A program made the position numbers and the translations under genes. Shown piece after piece: positions 45,603-55,543 of a DNA stretch of 60,299 nucleotides. Numbering within the stretch: position 1 is the first letter of the stretch; every line of letters begins with the position of its first letter. The notes beneath the pieces were generated by a model. That model did no database searches and was not told where the DNA came from. It was given only the letters and a program-made list of their open reading frames with translations. The stretch is taken from the IMG/VR virus record IMGVR_UViG_3300029305_001143, one strand, 5' to 3'. The DNA comes from an uncultured virus (IMG/VR IMGVR_UViG_3300029305_001143) (lineage: Duplodnaviria; Heunggongvirae; Uroviricota; Caudoviricetes).

Positions 45603-46186
45603 ATACTAGCACCTTCCTTAATATCAGTACTACCAAATCCACCATTCCGTAGTCTAGTAGTTTCATCATTATCAACTGTGAAGTACTGTAGGATGATAGC
45701 TTGAGCCATACCATCACCCTTCTTCACTGAGATACTCTTACCTGACTTACTATCGTTAGTCAACTTGAGCATGATATGTCCTTCATTCTCAGAATCAGAA
45801 TAATCAGCATCAATAATACCTAAAGTATTGTCAAGCTGGATTCTTGCTTTGAATCCATGACCACTACGAGGAGCACACATCAGGAATTTATCATCATCCA
45901 GGATTACTCTAATACCTGTAGCAATCTTCATAGTCTGTCCTGGAGAGAGTGTGAAATCGTAAGGAGCGAATATATCATATCCTGCTGATTTCTTAGTAGC
46001 TCTCTGAGGGAGTTTGATATCATTATAGATATCTACTACACTCATACCTTCCATAGACTTGAAGCTACCCAACTTAGTACTACCCTTCAAGATATCCCCA
46101 ATATAATATTCACGACCTCCCCAGAACAGGAAATCACCTTCGATATCTTTTGAATACTGAGATATACTAACTTTCTCGAATCGCAT
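45599..46186 (-). CDS. dut: Trimeric dUTPase
   Basis: SAGYD, PRSG, GIIDADY, AQ, RNGGFGST; start at MRFEK. Confidence 0.93.
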   Translation of the reverse strand: MRFEKVSISQYSKDIEGDFLFWGGREYYIGDILKGSTKLGSFKSMEGMSVVDIYNDIKLPQRATKKSAGYDIFAPYDFTLSPGQTMKIATGIRVILDDDKFLMCAPRSGHGFKARIQLDNTLGIIDADYSDSENEGHIMLKLTNDSKSGKSISVKKGDGMAQAIILQYFTVDNDETTRLRNGGFGSTDIKEGASI

Positions 46187-46206
46187 ATTACACTCCTCCT
46201 TACACA

Positions 46207-46237
46207 ATAAGTAACGTGCTGTACTCTAGTACTAGGC
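46207..46237 (-). promoter_or_regulatory. Class II promoter
   Basis: GCCTA-N16-CGTTACTTAT. Confidence 0.7.
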
Positions 46238-46246
46238 TACTTTTAC

Positions 46247-47965
46247 TTAAATTAATTTCGAATTTCCATCCATACCTTTATAGACAGTAACTACCTGATC
46301 GAATTTACTCTTGAGTGAGCTATTATGAGTAATCACGTAGATACTCTTCAGCTGGCAGTAATCTAACTTCATACGGAGTACATCAATGATATTTTCTACT
46401 CCGACATCATCCAGAGTATCCAGTATCTCGTCAATAAATACAGTATCCAACTTCATACCACAGTATGTGTGTACATAATCATGAAGAGCAAATTGGATAC
46501 TGATATCTAGTCTTCTCTTCTCACCATTTGAGAGTGACTGGTAACTAGATCCTTTATTATCTATCAGAGAAATCTTACCTTTAACGAAACTTAGCTGATA
46601 GTCTTTCTCCAGGAGTACCCCAGAATACTTAGCTAGACGAGTATTGATATACTCAATAGCATCAGACAAGATATTCACAACGATACCTGTAGGACTGAAT
46701 AGAGTATAGAAGTATTCGTACCTTTCTATATCTAGGAGGAGCTCTGACTCCTTCTGCTTACGCTCCGCTAGCTTACTCTGACTGTCCATAGAGTCTCTAA
46801 TCATAGACTCACTAGTCTCTATTTCCTTCTCTGACTTAGCTATCTTCACTTGATACTCGTTGATCTCTTGTAGGAGAGTACGAGAAGTTGTAATCTTCTC
46901 ATCATATTCTCTAGTTAGAGTATCTAATTTCAATCGTAGCGTAGGTTGGTCTGGTAGATGTGATAGCTGATCAGAGATTGTCTGCATAGTCTCGATGTTC
47001 TCTTTAATTTTCTGATTATAAGTCTCGAGCACACTACTCAGAGACTCGTGAGAACTCAAAGGTTGGTGGCACATAGAGCAGATAGGAGTCTGTGTACTAG
47101 TGATACTATCTCTTTCTGCTTGATATTGACCATTACTCTGCATGAGATCAGTATACTGTTTAGCTAATACCTCAGACTTATGAAGAGTCTCTCGGAGTAG
47201 ATTAATCTTGGGATTGATAGCATAACTCTCTTTCACTACAAAGTCATACTTCTCTTCTAACTCTGCGATAGTCTTCTTATAGATATCAAGACACTGTCGT
47301 TCATCATATATAGCATCTTGTAGAAGATCAATATCTGTATCGATGAGAGACTCCAGCGTAGTGATCTCACCTTTAATAGTAGCAGCTTCTAGTCTCAATC
47401 TCTTCAGCTCATTATTAGCTTTCTCTCTGATCTTGGACATATCATAGCTCAGATTCAGAGTAGATTCGATAAGAGCTTTCTTCTCAGGATCAGACAGTTG
47501 TGTGAACCTGGAAGATAGTCCTTCTCCTAGCAAGACAGTACTCACTAGTACTTTGTAGGAGATACCTAAGATATCTTCTAGTGACTTCTGAGTTTCCTTA
47601 TTTACTCTCTTGGAGATATCCTCTCCATTCTTGTGGAGGACTAGAGAATCTCCATAGACATGATCCTTACGATATCTAGATACCTGGAACTGATCTTGTC
47701 CTTTCTGAAAGTTTAAGGATACTTTAGTATCTTTCTTTACATTCCTATTGATGACATCATTCACAGATACTCCTCTCAGAGTATCACCAGTCAGTGCATA
47801 TACGATACCCTCCAATAGAGAGGATTTACCTGAACCATTGGAGGAGTAGTGACCTTCTGCTGTCTGACCTTCTATCAACACCAGACCATCATACTTATCT
47901 AAGTTGAGAGAAGTAGATAGATGAGACAAGAAATTCTGTAATTCTAGATGAGATAACTTAATCAT
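46247..47965 (-). CDS. sbcC: SbcC/Rad50 (gp46-like) ATPase
   Basis: NGSGKSS, zinc hook CSMC, LSNGEKRR, FIDE..D.LD, ITH. Confidence 0.92.
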   Translation of the reverse strand: MIKLSHLELQNFLSHLSTSLNLDKYDGLVLIEGQTAEGHYSSNGSGKSSLLEGIVYALTGDTLRGVSVNDVINRNVKKDTKVSLNFQKGQDQFQVSRYRKDHVYGDSLVLHKNGEDISKRVNKETQKSLEDILGISYKVLVSTVLLGEGLSSRFTQLSDPEKKALIESTLNLSYDMSKIREKANNELKRLRLEAATIKGEITTLESLIDTDIDLLQDAIYDERQCLDIYKKTIAELEEKYDFVVKESYAINPKINLLRETLHKSEVLAKQYTDLMQSNGQYQAERDSITSTQTPICSMCHQPLSSHESLSSVLETYNQKIKENIETMQTISDQLSHLPDQPTLRLKLDTLTREYDEKITTSRTLLQEINEYQVKIAKSEKEIETSESMIRDSMDSQSKLAERKQKESELLLDIERYEYFYTLFSPTGIVVNILSDAIEYINTRLAKYSGVLLEKDYQLSFVKGKISLIDNKGSSYQSLSNGEKRRLDISIQFALHDYVHTYCGMKLDTVFIDEILDTLDDVGVENIIDVLRMKLDYCQLKSIYVITHNSSLKSKFDQVVTVYKGMDGNSKLI

Positions 47966-48945
47966 GATAGCAACTCCAATCCAGTAGAGATATACTTTTC
48001 GATACTATCGATATTGATAGTAGGATCTTTCTTAATATACTCTACTAAGTAATTCTTCATATCGAAGTTCCTATCATGTACTACAGTCTCTCCTGTACTC
48101 TCGATAGACCCTAACTTCTTCTTCCAACTAGTATGAGCAGTATTAATCCATGCGTCAGGGATTTCACCTGCATACTCCACACGTAGTACACAATTCATCT
48201 GATCATATGTATGTACGATCTTACCTCCCTCGCTCTCATCAATAGTGAGATAGATAAGAGAATGTTCATTATTATATACCTGGTACTCTGCAGTATTAGT
48301 ATCGAGTATATAATATGACGGGAAGTCTCCTAACTTCAGCTCACCTTGCTGACTAGTCAGGAGACTACCTGCATTGATAATATTAGGAGCAGGTTTAGAC
48401 TTCAGATGCACATGACCATTCATGACTAATTTAGCACCTATGAATATCTCAGGATTCAGTCCGAAGAATGCTTTGGTCTTACCTCCTGCTAACTCTGATC
48501 CATATATATCGTGATGTGTGAATACTATATGACCTCTCATATAATCTGAAGCTCCTTCTGGATCTTCATTGTATGGTATGAATAGCATATGCTCTACTCC
48601 TGTGAGACTAGTGACAGGTATGATATTCTCATACATAGATAAGAAGTCTAGGATATTCGAGTCATCACTATCAATCTCGTGATTACCTAGCAATAGGTAC
48701 GTAGGATATGTCCTCTCATTAATATACTTAAGGATAGGGAGTACTAACTGCATATGCTTAGCTTCTATCACAGGCTTGTCGAAGAAATCACCTAAGCATA
48801 CTGCAGACTCTACGTTCATCTCATCGAACTTATCGTACATATAATAGATAGATTTAGAAGCTGTAACTTCCCACTGACTCTGCATAGATCTCATATTCTT
48901 AGTCAAGTGAGGATCTGCATATACTCCGACTAACATATCATACAC
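47962..48945 (-). CDS. sbcD: SbcD/Mre11 (gp47-like) nuclease
   Basis: ADPH, LGDFFD, GNHE, THH, GHVH. Confidence 0.9.
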   Translation of the reverse strand: MYDMLVGVYADPHLTKNMRSMQSQWEVTASKSIYYMYDKFDEMNVESAVCLGDFFDKPVIEAKHMQLVLPILKYINERTYPTYLLLGNHEIDSDDSNILDFLSMYENIIPVTSLTGVEHMLFIPYNEDPEGASDYMRGHIVFTHHDIYGSELAGGKTKAFFGLNPEIFIGAKLVMNGHVHLKSKPAPNIINAGSLLTSQQGELKLGDFPSYYILDTNTAEYQVYNNEHSLIYLTIDESEGGKIVHTYDQMNCVLRVEYAGEIPDAWINTAHTSWKKKLGSIESTGETVVHDRNFDMKNYLVEYIKKDPTINIDSIEKYISTGLELLS

Positions 48946-49972
48946 CTCCCATCATGACTGACTTGATGTAATCTTTATTGATGAGGAGATTCAGAGGATA
49001 TTCAGACATAGCAGGGAGTCTAGTTAACATACCTCTCATAGTATTCTCACTGAACTCCAAGACTCCTAACAGCTTATTCACCATCTCAATATTAGGATAG
49101 TGGTGCTTCTCCAACTCATCGGACAAAGATTTTAACTGGAATACATCGAACTTCTCTCTGGAGATATCTACTAGATCCAAGTTTCTAATGATATTTCCTG
49201 TACCTGCTGTGACTAACTTCATACAACGGGAGTTACCAATAGTAGCTGCTTCCTTCAGTATCCTATCAGGAGAAATCTCACTAGGATTCTCAATCCTTTC
49301 CAGTATACTCAAGATAGTCTTTTCACCTACTCCCTTTACTACAGATGGAATATTATCAGAACCATCACCTATCATAACCTTACCATACAAGTAATGAGTA
49401 GGAGAAGGATACCCACCAGAGAGATCCTTGAAATTATTCAGATCAACATACTCTTTCTTCACAGGACGATATACTGAGATATCATCAGATATCAGAGCAT
49501 AGAAGTCTCTATCCTCAGAGATAATAATTTTACGACCATTCAGGAGATGAGCTGCTTGATAGAGTACATCGTCACCTTCTTTTCCTTCTACTCTCAATTG
49601 ATGTACTCCTAAGCATTCAAGGATTTTCTGGATCCAAGATAACTGATGTACATAATACTCATAGTCTGTGTATCCATTTACATCACGCTCAGGCTCTTCT
49701 TCATAATCTCTATGCTTGTACTGATCGTATACTTGCAATCTTCTCTCAGAGTGTCCACCTTCCCAACACACTACCACAGAACTAGCACTCATAGAAGTTA
49801 CAGCTGCTTTCAGTATATTCAAGAATCCATAGATAGCTCCAGTAGGCATACCTCTGGAATTAGATAATTCCCTCAGATTACCTGCGTACATACTGCGTCT
49901 CAGTGCATGAGCTCCGTCTATAAGAAGAATTGTAGGTCTAGTATCTACACTATAAGTCTGCATTGACTCCAC
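48938..49972 (-). CDS. 5'-3' exonuclease / flap endonuclease (PolI N-terminal or T4 RNase H-like)
   Basis: LIDG, PTGAIYGF, YK..R, EGDD, SEDRDF, GDGSDNIP...GVGEKT. Confidence 0.92.
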   Translation of the reverse strand: MESMQTYSVDTRPTILLIDGAHALRRSMYAGNLRELSNSRGMPTGAIYGFLNILKAAVTSMSASSVVVCWEGGHSERRLQVYDQYKHRDYEEEPERDVNGYTDYEYYVHQLSWIQKILECLGVHQLRVEGKEGDDVLYQAAHLLNGRKIIISEDRDFYALISDDISVYRPVKKEYVDLNNFKDLSGGYPSPTHYLYGKVMIGDGSDNIPSVVKGVGEKTILSILERIENPSEISPDRILKEAATIGNSRCMKLVTAGTGNIIRNLDLVDISREKFDVFQLKSLSDELEKHHYPNIEMVNKLLGVLEFSENTMRGMLTRLPAMSEYPLNLLINKDYIKSVMMGGV

Positions 49973-49983
49973 CTCCGCCAGTA

Positions 49984-50021
49984 GTTACATTATTATAATT
50001 CGTGAATAATGACGAAATCAC
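49984..50021 (-). promoter_or_regulatory. Class I promoter (-35 variant)
   Basis: AGTGAT-N14-CGAATTATAATAATGTAAC. Confidence 0.75.
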
Positions 50022-50027
50022 TTCACA

Positions 50028-50058
50028 ATAAGAAACGCAAGGAAAGTAGATGTTAAGC
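50028..50058 (-). promoter_or_regulatory. Class II promoter overlapping a terminator-like hairpin (50035-50072)
   Basis: GCTTA-N16-CGTTTCTTAT. Confidence 0.65.
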
Positions 50059-50086
50059 TACCTTCCTTGCGTACTATACTGATTAT

Positions 50087-51328
50087 TTAATCTGCACTGA
50101 GAGATACAATCTCTTCCTCATCAGGCATAGCAGATGTCTCATTCATACAAGCCTGCAGGATCTTAGATACATCTACATCCTTCAGGGACTGATTGAATGG
50201 GAACTTCTCTACGAACTGTCCTTTAATCTGAGCACAAAGATACTCGAACAATTCAGGACGCTTACCTATCAGGTCATAGAAGTTGCCTCTCTGGAGACTG
50301 ATCTCTTCTGTCTCAAGTACTTCACCTGTCTCAGGATCTACCTTAGTATAATCAAACTTCTTCCACGAGCCAGCAGATCTGAACCACTGGATATTCCAGA
50401 GGTACTCTAGGACAGAGGTAGCTCCTATGAATCCTCTAGACTTAGAGAAGATGACAGGGAAGGATGCAATAACAGGAGTCACCTTGTTCTTAGTCAGCGA
50501 GATCATCACATAGTCAGTGACCTTGAAGTTGTCAGCATCTTTCTCACCAGAGCCAGACTTCTTAACATAGATAGCCAGATGCTTACCATGTCTGAGTCCT
50601 CTACCACCAGGAGTAGTAAAGGCAGGTCCGTACATATCACCAATATTATCGATAACCTGATTGATTAGGATCATACCGATATGCTCACAACCTACTACAG
50701 CTACCTGATATCTTGACAAGAATGACTTAATGAGTCGAGCTCTGTAAGCCATACCTGAAGAGTACTCAGAGTTCTCCTCCGCTACTGACTTCACAGGAGA
50801 TGCTGCCAAGCTATCCCATACGATGATATGAGGAGGAGCGTTCTCCTCCATATAACTCTTGATAGCTTCGATGTTAGTCACACCTACTCCTGCAGCTTGT
50901 GCGTCCTGAGCAGAGGGTTTCCATTTAGTATCAACTAACCAAGGGAGGTATCTCTCCTTGTATAGACGAATATCGCTGATGATGATATCCATAGCAGCTT
51001 CCATATAAGGAGGACGGTAAGGAATGACCTTATCGACATTAAGTCCTTGTACAGATGCCCACTCTCTACTGTAGCTCACCTCAGAGTCTACCCATGTGAC
51101 ATAACCTTCAGCTATGTCAGTACATTTCTTACACATACGATAGGAGAGAGTAGTCTTACCATGAGACTCTTCTCCATATACTTCGATAATAGATCCATTC
51201 AGAGGTACTCCTCCAGCCAAGGCAATATCTAGAGTGATAATGCCTGTAGGTAACTTACTGGAGAATCCTCCTCCTTTGTAAAGGTACTCTTGACTACTAG
51301 TCAATTTACTTATATCAAAATTCTCCAT
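50087..51328 (-). CDS. recA: RecA/UvsX recombinase
   Basis: PTG...LDIALAGGVP, EVYGEESHGKTT, VDSE, VWDSLAA, INQ, TPGGRGL, KNK. Confidence 0.93.
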   Translation of the reverse strand: MENFDISKLTSSQEYLYKGGGFSSKLPTGIITLDIALAGGVPLNGSIIEVYGEESHGKTTLSYRMCKKCTDIAEGYVTWVDSEVSYSREWASVQGLNVDKVIPYRPPYMEAAMDIIISDIRLYKERYLPWLVDTKWKPSAQDAQAAGVGVTNIEAIKSYMEENAPPHIIVWDSLAASPVKSVAEENSEYSSGMAYRARLIKSFLSRYQVAVVGCEHIGMILINQVIDNIGDMYGPAFTTPGGRGLRHGKHLAIYVKKSGSGEKDADNFKVTDYVMISLTKNKVTPVIASFPVIFSKSRGFIGATSVLEYLWNIQWFRSAGSWKKFDYTKVDPETGEVLETEEISLQRGNFYDLIGKRPELFEYLCAQIKGQFVEKFPFNQSLKDVDVSKILQACMNETSAMPDEEEIVSLSAD

Positions 51329-51343
51329 CAGTACTACCTCCTA

Positions 51344-52480
51344 TTAACCTTTAGATCTAGCACAATCCATCTCCACAGGGCAGACTACACAGTTCACATT
51401 TCCTGCATCATACTGACCATAGCACTTAGGCATGCTAGGGTTAGCAGTAGGAGCAGGAGCTGCAGGAACCTGCCAAGGAGGAGTCTGCTGCTGAGGAGCA
51501 GCAGGAGCAGTAGGCATACTAGGAGCAGCAGTAGCGAATGGACTAGCAGGAGCTCCCATAGGAGCAGGACTAGTTCCTCCGAACTGAGGAGCCATGCTAG
51601 GCATGCCAGTACTCGGAGCAGACATAGGATTATTCATAGGAGGATATCCTGTACTCTGCTGAGGAGCAGGAGATGCAGGAGTCATACCTCCAAACTGAGG
51701 AGGCATTCCATAGTTCTGAATAGGAGCCTGAGTATAACCAGCCATCTGGTTCACTGCATTACCTACAGCATTACCCATGGCTCCTGCTGACTTTTTTAGA
51801 TGATTCACCAACTCATCGATCTGCTTCTGGTCGAATCCTGCAGAGAAGATATCATCCAGATCATAGAGAGCAGTGATCTTCTCCAGATACTCCTGAGGGA
51901 TGGCAGTTCTACCATTAGGAGACAAAGTCATATTATACTCAGTACCCAGACCCTGACCCTTCTTAGTCACGAAGATATCGATACCATTATCAACTCTGGT
52001 GATATCTCCGATCATAGGATTAGTGATCTGTGCGATAACCCAATCATAAAATGTCTTAGGAGCTTTCATCAGCACATGAGTACCAGGAGCTACTCCCTTA
52101 CCCTTCTGATCATAGGTAGGATCCTGCATGATGATAGCATTGAAGTAATACTGTCGTCTGCTAGCTTCCCAATTGCTGGTATCAACTCCAGCAGCAGAGA
52201 GACCTGCCAGTCCTTCGCAGATAGGACAAGGCTTACTGAAAGTTCTATTCACGCAAGTCCAATTGTACTTAGTGAAAGACATACCCTCACCTTTATACTC
52301 GATAGGATGCATGTAGACAGGGAGAGCTACACGACCAGATGGATCCCATGGAGGCAGGATACGGACAGAGGACATACCTGCAGGGATACTCCACCAATTA
52401 GGACCATCTCCACTTCTCTCACTTTCCTGAGAGAGATACTGTTGCATGTTTTCTAAGTTAGGCTGATGATACTGGAACAT
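51344..52480 (-). CDS. Single-stranded DNA-binding protein (gp32-like) with Pro/Ala-rich tail
   Basis: VRILPP, H, C...CPIC, DIT...NG.D..VTK.G.G..TEY; adjacent to recA. Confidence 0.8.
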   Translation of the reverse strand: MFQYHQPNLENMQQYLSQESERSGDGPNWWSIPAGMSSVRILPPWDPSGRVALPVYMHPIEYKGEGMSFTKYNWTCVNRTFSKPCPICEGLAGLSAAGVDTSNWEASRRQYYFNAIIMQDPTYDQKGKGVAPGTHVLMKAPKTFYDWVIAQITNPMIGDITRVDNGIDIFVTKKGQGLGTEYNMTLSPNGRTAIPQEYLEKITALYDLDDIFSAGFDQKQIDELVNHLKKSAGAMGNAVGNAVNQMAGYTQAPIQNYGMPPQFGGMTPASPAPQQSTGYPPMNNPMSAPSTGMPSMAPQFGGTSPAPMGAPASPFATAAPSMPTAPAAPQQQTPPWQVPAAPAPTANPSMPKCYGQYDAGNVNCVVCPVEMDCARSKG

Positions 52481-52560
52481 ACTGATTCTCCTTTTCTTGA
52501 GCTCTACAAGAGCTGATATGATGACTACGATGAGTCGTTCTAGAAGGAATTACCTTCATT

Positions 52561-52591
52561 ATAAGAAACGCAAGTACCTACAACATTGAGC
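52561..52591 (-). promoter_or_regulatory. Class II promoter (ssb-recA)
   Basis: GCTCA-N16-CGTTTCTTAT. Confidence 0.7.
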
Positions 52592-52603
52592 CACTTATAT
52601 AAG

Positions 52604-52636
52604 AAGAGCCTTAGGAGGGCGAATCCTAAGGCTCTT
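52604..52636 (-). terminator. Rho-independent terminator
   Basis: AAGAGCCTTAGGA-N7-TCCTAAGGCTCTT. Confidence 0.7.
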
Positions 52637-52662
52637 AATGAGTAGTTTAGGGGACTAGAGTA

Positions 52663-53865
52663 TTATACAATATGCGCTCTACGGAAGTCAAGAGTAATTG
52701 TACGAGCTGTACCTCCGACAGGGATCTGCATCTGAGCATCTATATCCTCATCTGCAGCTCCTACGACTACATACTCAGCATTAGAATCTAGTACGTAGTA
52801 GCCTAAGTCTTCGATATCAGCTACTAGCTCCGAGAGCCTAGTCCAGAATTCTCCTTCTAAGGACTTCTCCAGAGGGAAGAAGATACTAAGATCCTCATCA
52901 TCTTCTGAAGATTCTGATATTCTATTAGCTCCCCATCCTTTTATATAAGCTTTTACAGAATCAGAGTTGTGATTACTATGATTACCATATTCATCATGAA
53001 TAGAATAGCTATTATCTCCTGTTCTATAAATATGAACTGGTTTACCATCCACTTCATAATCTCCTGCTAAATCTTCTACAGCAGATTCACTCATACTAGA
53101 TCTCTTAAAAGCTTTTCTGATATTCTCACTAATATTAGGTCTATTAGCTGTACTTACAGGATGCTGTTCAGCTCTGATAATATTCTTCTTTTTCTTATCC
53201 TGAGACAAGACAGTGAGATTACTATTCTCTCTGAGAGGTCTGCCACAGTTATCACATACCAGAGAGTTACTTTCATTCACGTACTTAGTACAACCGCATA
53301 AGCACTTACTCTCCTTGACTCCCTTAACTAAGCTAGTCAGTGCAATATCAGTCAGACCATTTATGATCATACCGCTAGCTAGCTTAATACGATAGAATCC
53401 CTCACCATCATATCCTTCGATAGTGGCTTCAGCATCTGTAGCTGTACCGTCAGAGTAAGCAATAGCTACTCTCTCACCTAGTCCGAATTTCACAGCATAT
53501 TGATTGTCAAGAGGATTAGAGTGATCTTTCTGTTCATCATCTTCGATCTCCATAGTATCCTCTTCCTCAGGCATATCCTCATCGGAAGATCCAGAAGGCA
53601 TACTAGGAGAACCTCCACCAGAACTAGAGGAAGGCATAGGTCCTTGCTCTGGAGCACTATCTTGCTCATCAGGATCTACTTCTTCATCGTCTGGCATGTC
53701 CTCAGGCATATCTTCTTCTGATGTACTCTCTTCAGAATCCAGCTCCTCGTCCTCGATACCCTCCTCTTCTTCCTCCACCTCACCGTCGGCAGGGAGACTA
53801 TCTTTAAGGAATCTCAAGGACTCCTGAGATCTACTACGTAGTCTTCTTACGATTTCATCGCTCAT
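52663..53865 (-). CDS. Acidic putative head/core protein
   Basis: Leader MSDEIVRRLRSRSQES; VKES, VNES, LREN, ISEN, MSES, ISES sites; Glu/Asp-rich. Confidence 0.55.
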   Translation of the reverse strand: MSDEIVRRLRSRSQESLRFLKDSLPADGEVEEEEEGIEDEELDSEESTSEEDMPEDMPDDEEVDPDEQDSAPEQGPMPSSSSGGGSPSMPSGSSDEDMPEEEDTMEIEDDEQKDHSNPLDNQYAVKFGLGERVAIAYSDGTATDAEATIEGYDGEGFYRIKLASGMIINGLTDIALTSLVKGVKESKCLCGCTKYVNESNSLVCDNCGRPLRENSNLTVLSQDKKKKNIIRAEQHPVSTANRPNISENIRKAFKRSSMSESAVEDLAGDYEVDGKPVHIYRTGDNSYSIHDEYGNHSNHNSDSVKAYIKGWGANRISESSEDDEDLSIFFPLEKSLEGEFWTRLSELVADIEDLGYYVLDSNAEYVVVGAADEDIDAQMQIPVGGTARTITLDFRRAHIV

Positions 53866-53938
53866 ATATGAACCTCCTTATAGATGAATTAGCTACTATT
53901 ATAGTTACAGATACGAATAGTACATATCTGGCTTACTA

Positions 53939-55531
53939 CTACAGTACATCATGAATTTGACCGAGATGAGAGAGTTCATACTGGTTCATACTGACTTGAC
54001 TGACGATGCTATCGATCTTACTATCTCCAATACCTCTCAGCTTAGCATTGACCAGATCTTCCTTGGAGATATGCAGGATATCACTATAAGTGAACTTAGT
54101 CAATACAGTATCCCAGATCTTCCTACCGAGATCCAGGAAAGGATAAGCAGTCAAGAGCTCAGCAGGAGACAGGCTCTTCTCCTGTAACTGCTTCCACTTC
54201 TCTACAGCAGACTGACCCTGACGAGGGATATTCAGGATGACTTCAGCATCCATACGATAGATATCCAGGATAGACTTGATGTACTTTGCATCGATCAATC
54301 CACGGATAAGCTTATCACCAATACCCTTGATACCTACAGCTCTCGCATACTGACTAATCTGCAGTCTCAGAAGCTCAGGACAAGACTTGTTAGTACAGTG
54401 AGGCTCCTTGCCATCATACTTCAGGACAGATCCACAATGAGGACAATTAGTCAGATTGCCTACTACCTCACCAGACTCGTTGATCAGATTGAGCTGCTCG
54501 ATGTAAGGGATGATATCACCTCTGCGAGAGACTTCGATGATACTACCAATAGTCATGCCATCGAACTCATTAGCAAGACGAGTCATATTACCGAGAGATG
54601 CTCTAGTTAAAGAAGCTCCCTGGAACTCGACAGAGTCGAAGATACCGATAGGAGTAAAGTATCCAGTAAGTCCCATCTGGTACTCGATGTCTCTCAGGAC
54701 AGTAGTCCTACGATTACTCTTATACTTCCAAGCGATCATATGAGAGGGATTTAACAGATCATCTTCCTTAATGATAGCAGTCTTCAGGACTACACCATCA
54801 AGCTCATACTGATAAGATCCATCTCTCAGTTTCTCTCTAATATCCTGCATTACATCCATATCACAGAAATCTACAATCTGGAAGTCTTCGACGATGAAAT
54901 CATCCTTGTAGTAGAATCTCTGCGTAGGTCTGTAAGTACGTCCATCAATGAACTCATAGGCTACGAAATCCACCAAGCCAAGAGCATCAGCTCGATTAGA
55001 ACGAACAATACCAGGTACTGCATTACGCATAGCCTGATAGCCTAACTGCTTAGCTGCTTCATGATTCTTGACAGGGATGATAGCCTCACCTCTGACGATC
55101 ACATAGTCCTTCACGTAGTTAGACAGCTGGATAGGGACACTAGATACTCTCATCATAGCAGAGAGGACATCCTCACCTACATTACCATCTCCACGAGTAC
55201 TAGCAGAGATCAGATGACCTTTCTCGTAGATGAGCTCTACAGCGAAGCCATCATATTTAGGAGCAATCAGGATTTCTCCCTGCTCAGCATCTAACCACTT
55301 CTTGACCTCTTCATCCGTGTGATACTTAGACAGAGTACCCATAGGCACTACTCGACCTACTTTATCAGACTTAACCTTAGCTCCTACCTTAGACAGGTAA
55401 GGACTCTTAGGATCCAATTTACGGAGAGTCTCTACCATAGCATCATAGGTAGCATCACTCACAATAGGATTCGTGCTATTGTAGTAAGCATCGTCACACT
55501 TCTGCAGATACTCAACCAACTGAACAATCAT
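53939..55531 (-). CDS. ligA: NAD-dependent DNA ligase (no BRCT)
   Basis: DAYYN...SDATYD, KYDG, TRGDG..GED, VRGE, DGVV, AWK, GDIIP, CPHC..C....C. Confidence 0.94.
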   Translation of the reverse strand: MIVQLVEYLQKCDDAYYNSTNPIVSDATYDAMVETLRKLDPKSPYLSKVGAKVKSDKVGRVVPMGTLSKYHTDEEVKKWLDAEQGEILIAPKYDGFAVELIYEKGHLISASTRGDGNVGEDVLSAMMRVSSVPIQLSNYVKDYVIVRGEAIIPVKNHEAAKQLGYQAMRNAVPGIVRSNRADALGLVDFVAYEFIDGRTYRPTQRFYYKDDFIVEDFQIVDFCDMDVMQDIREKLRDGSYQYELDGVVLKTAIIKEDDLLNPSHMIAWKYKSNRRTTVLRDIEYQMGLTGYFTPIGIFDSVEFQGASLTRASLGNMTRLANEFDGMTIGSIIEVSRRGDIIPYIEQLNLINESGEVVGNLTNCPHCGSVLKYDGKEPHCTNKSCPELLRLQISQYARAVGIKGIGDKLIRGLIDAKYIKSILDIYRMDAEVILNIPRQGQSAVEKWKQLQEKSLSPAELLTAYPFLDLGRKIWDTVLTKFTYSDILHISKEDLVNAKLRGIGDSKIDSIVSQVSMNQYELSHLGQIHDVL

Positions 55532-55543
55532 ATTATCTCCTCC

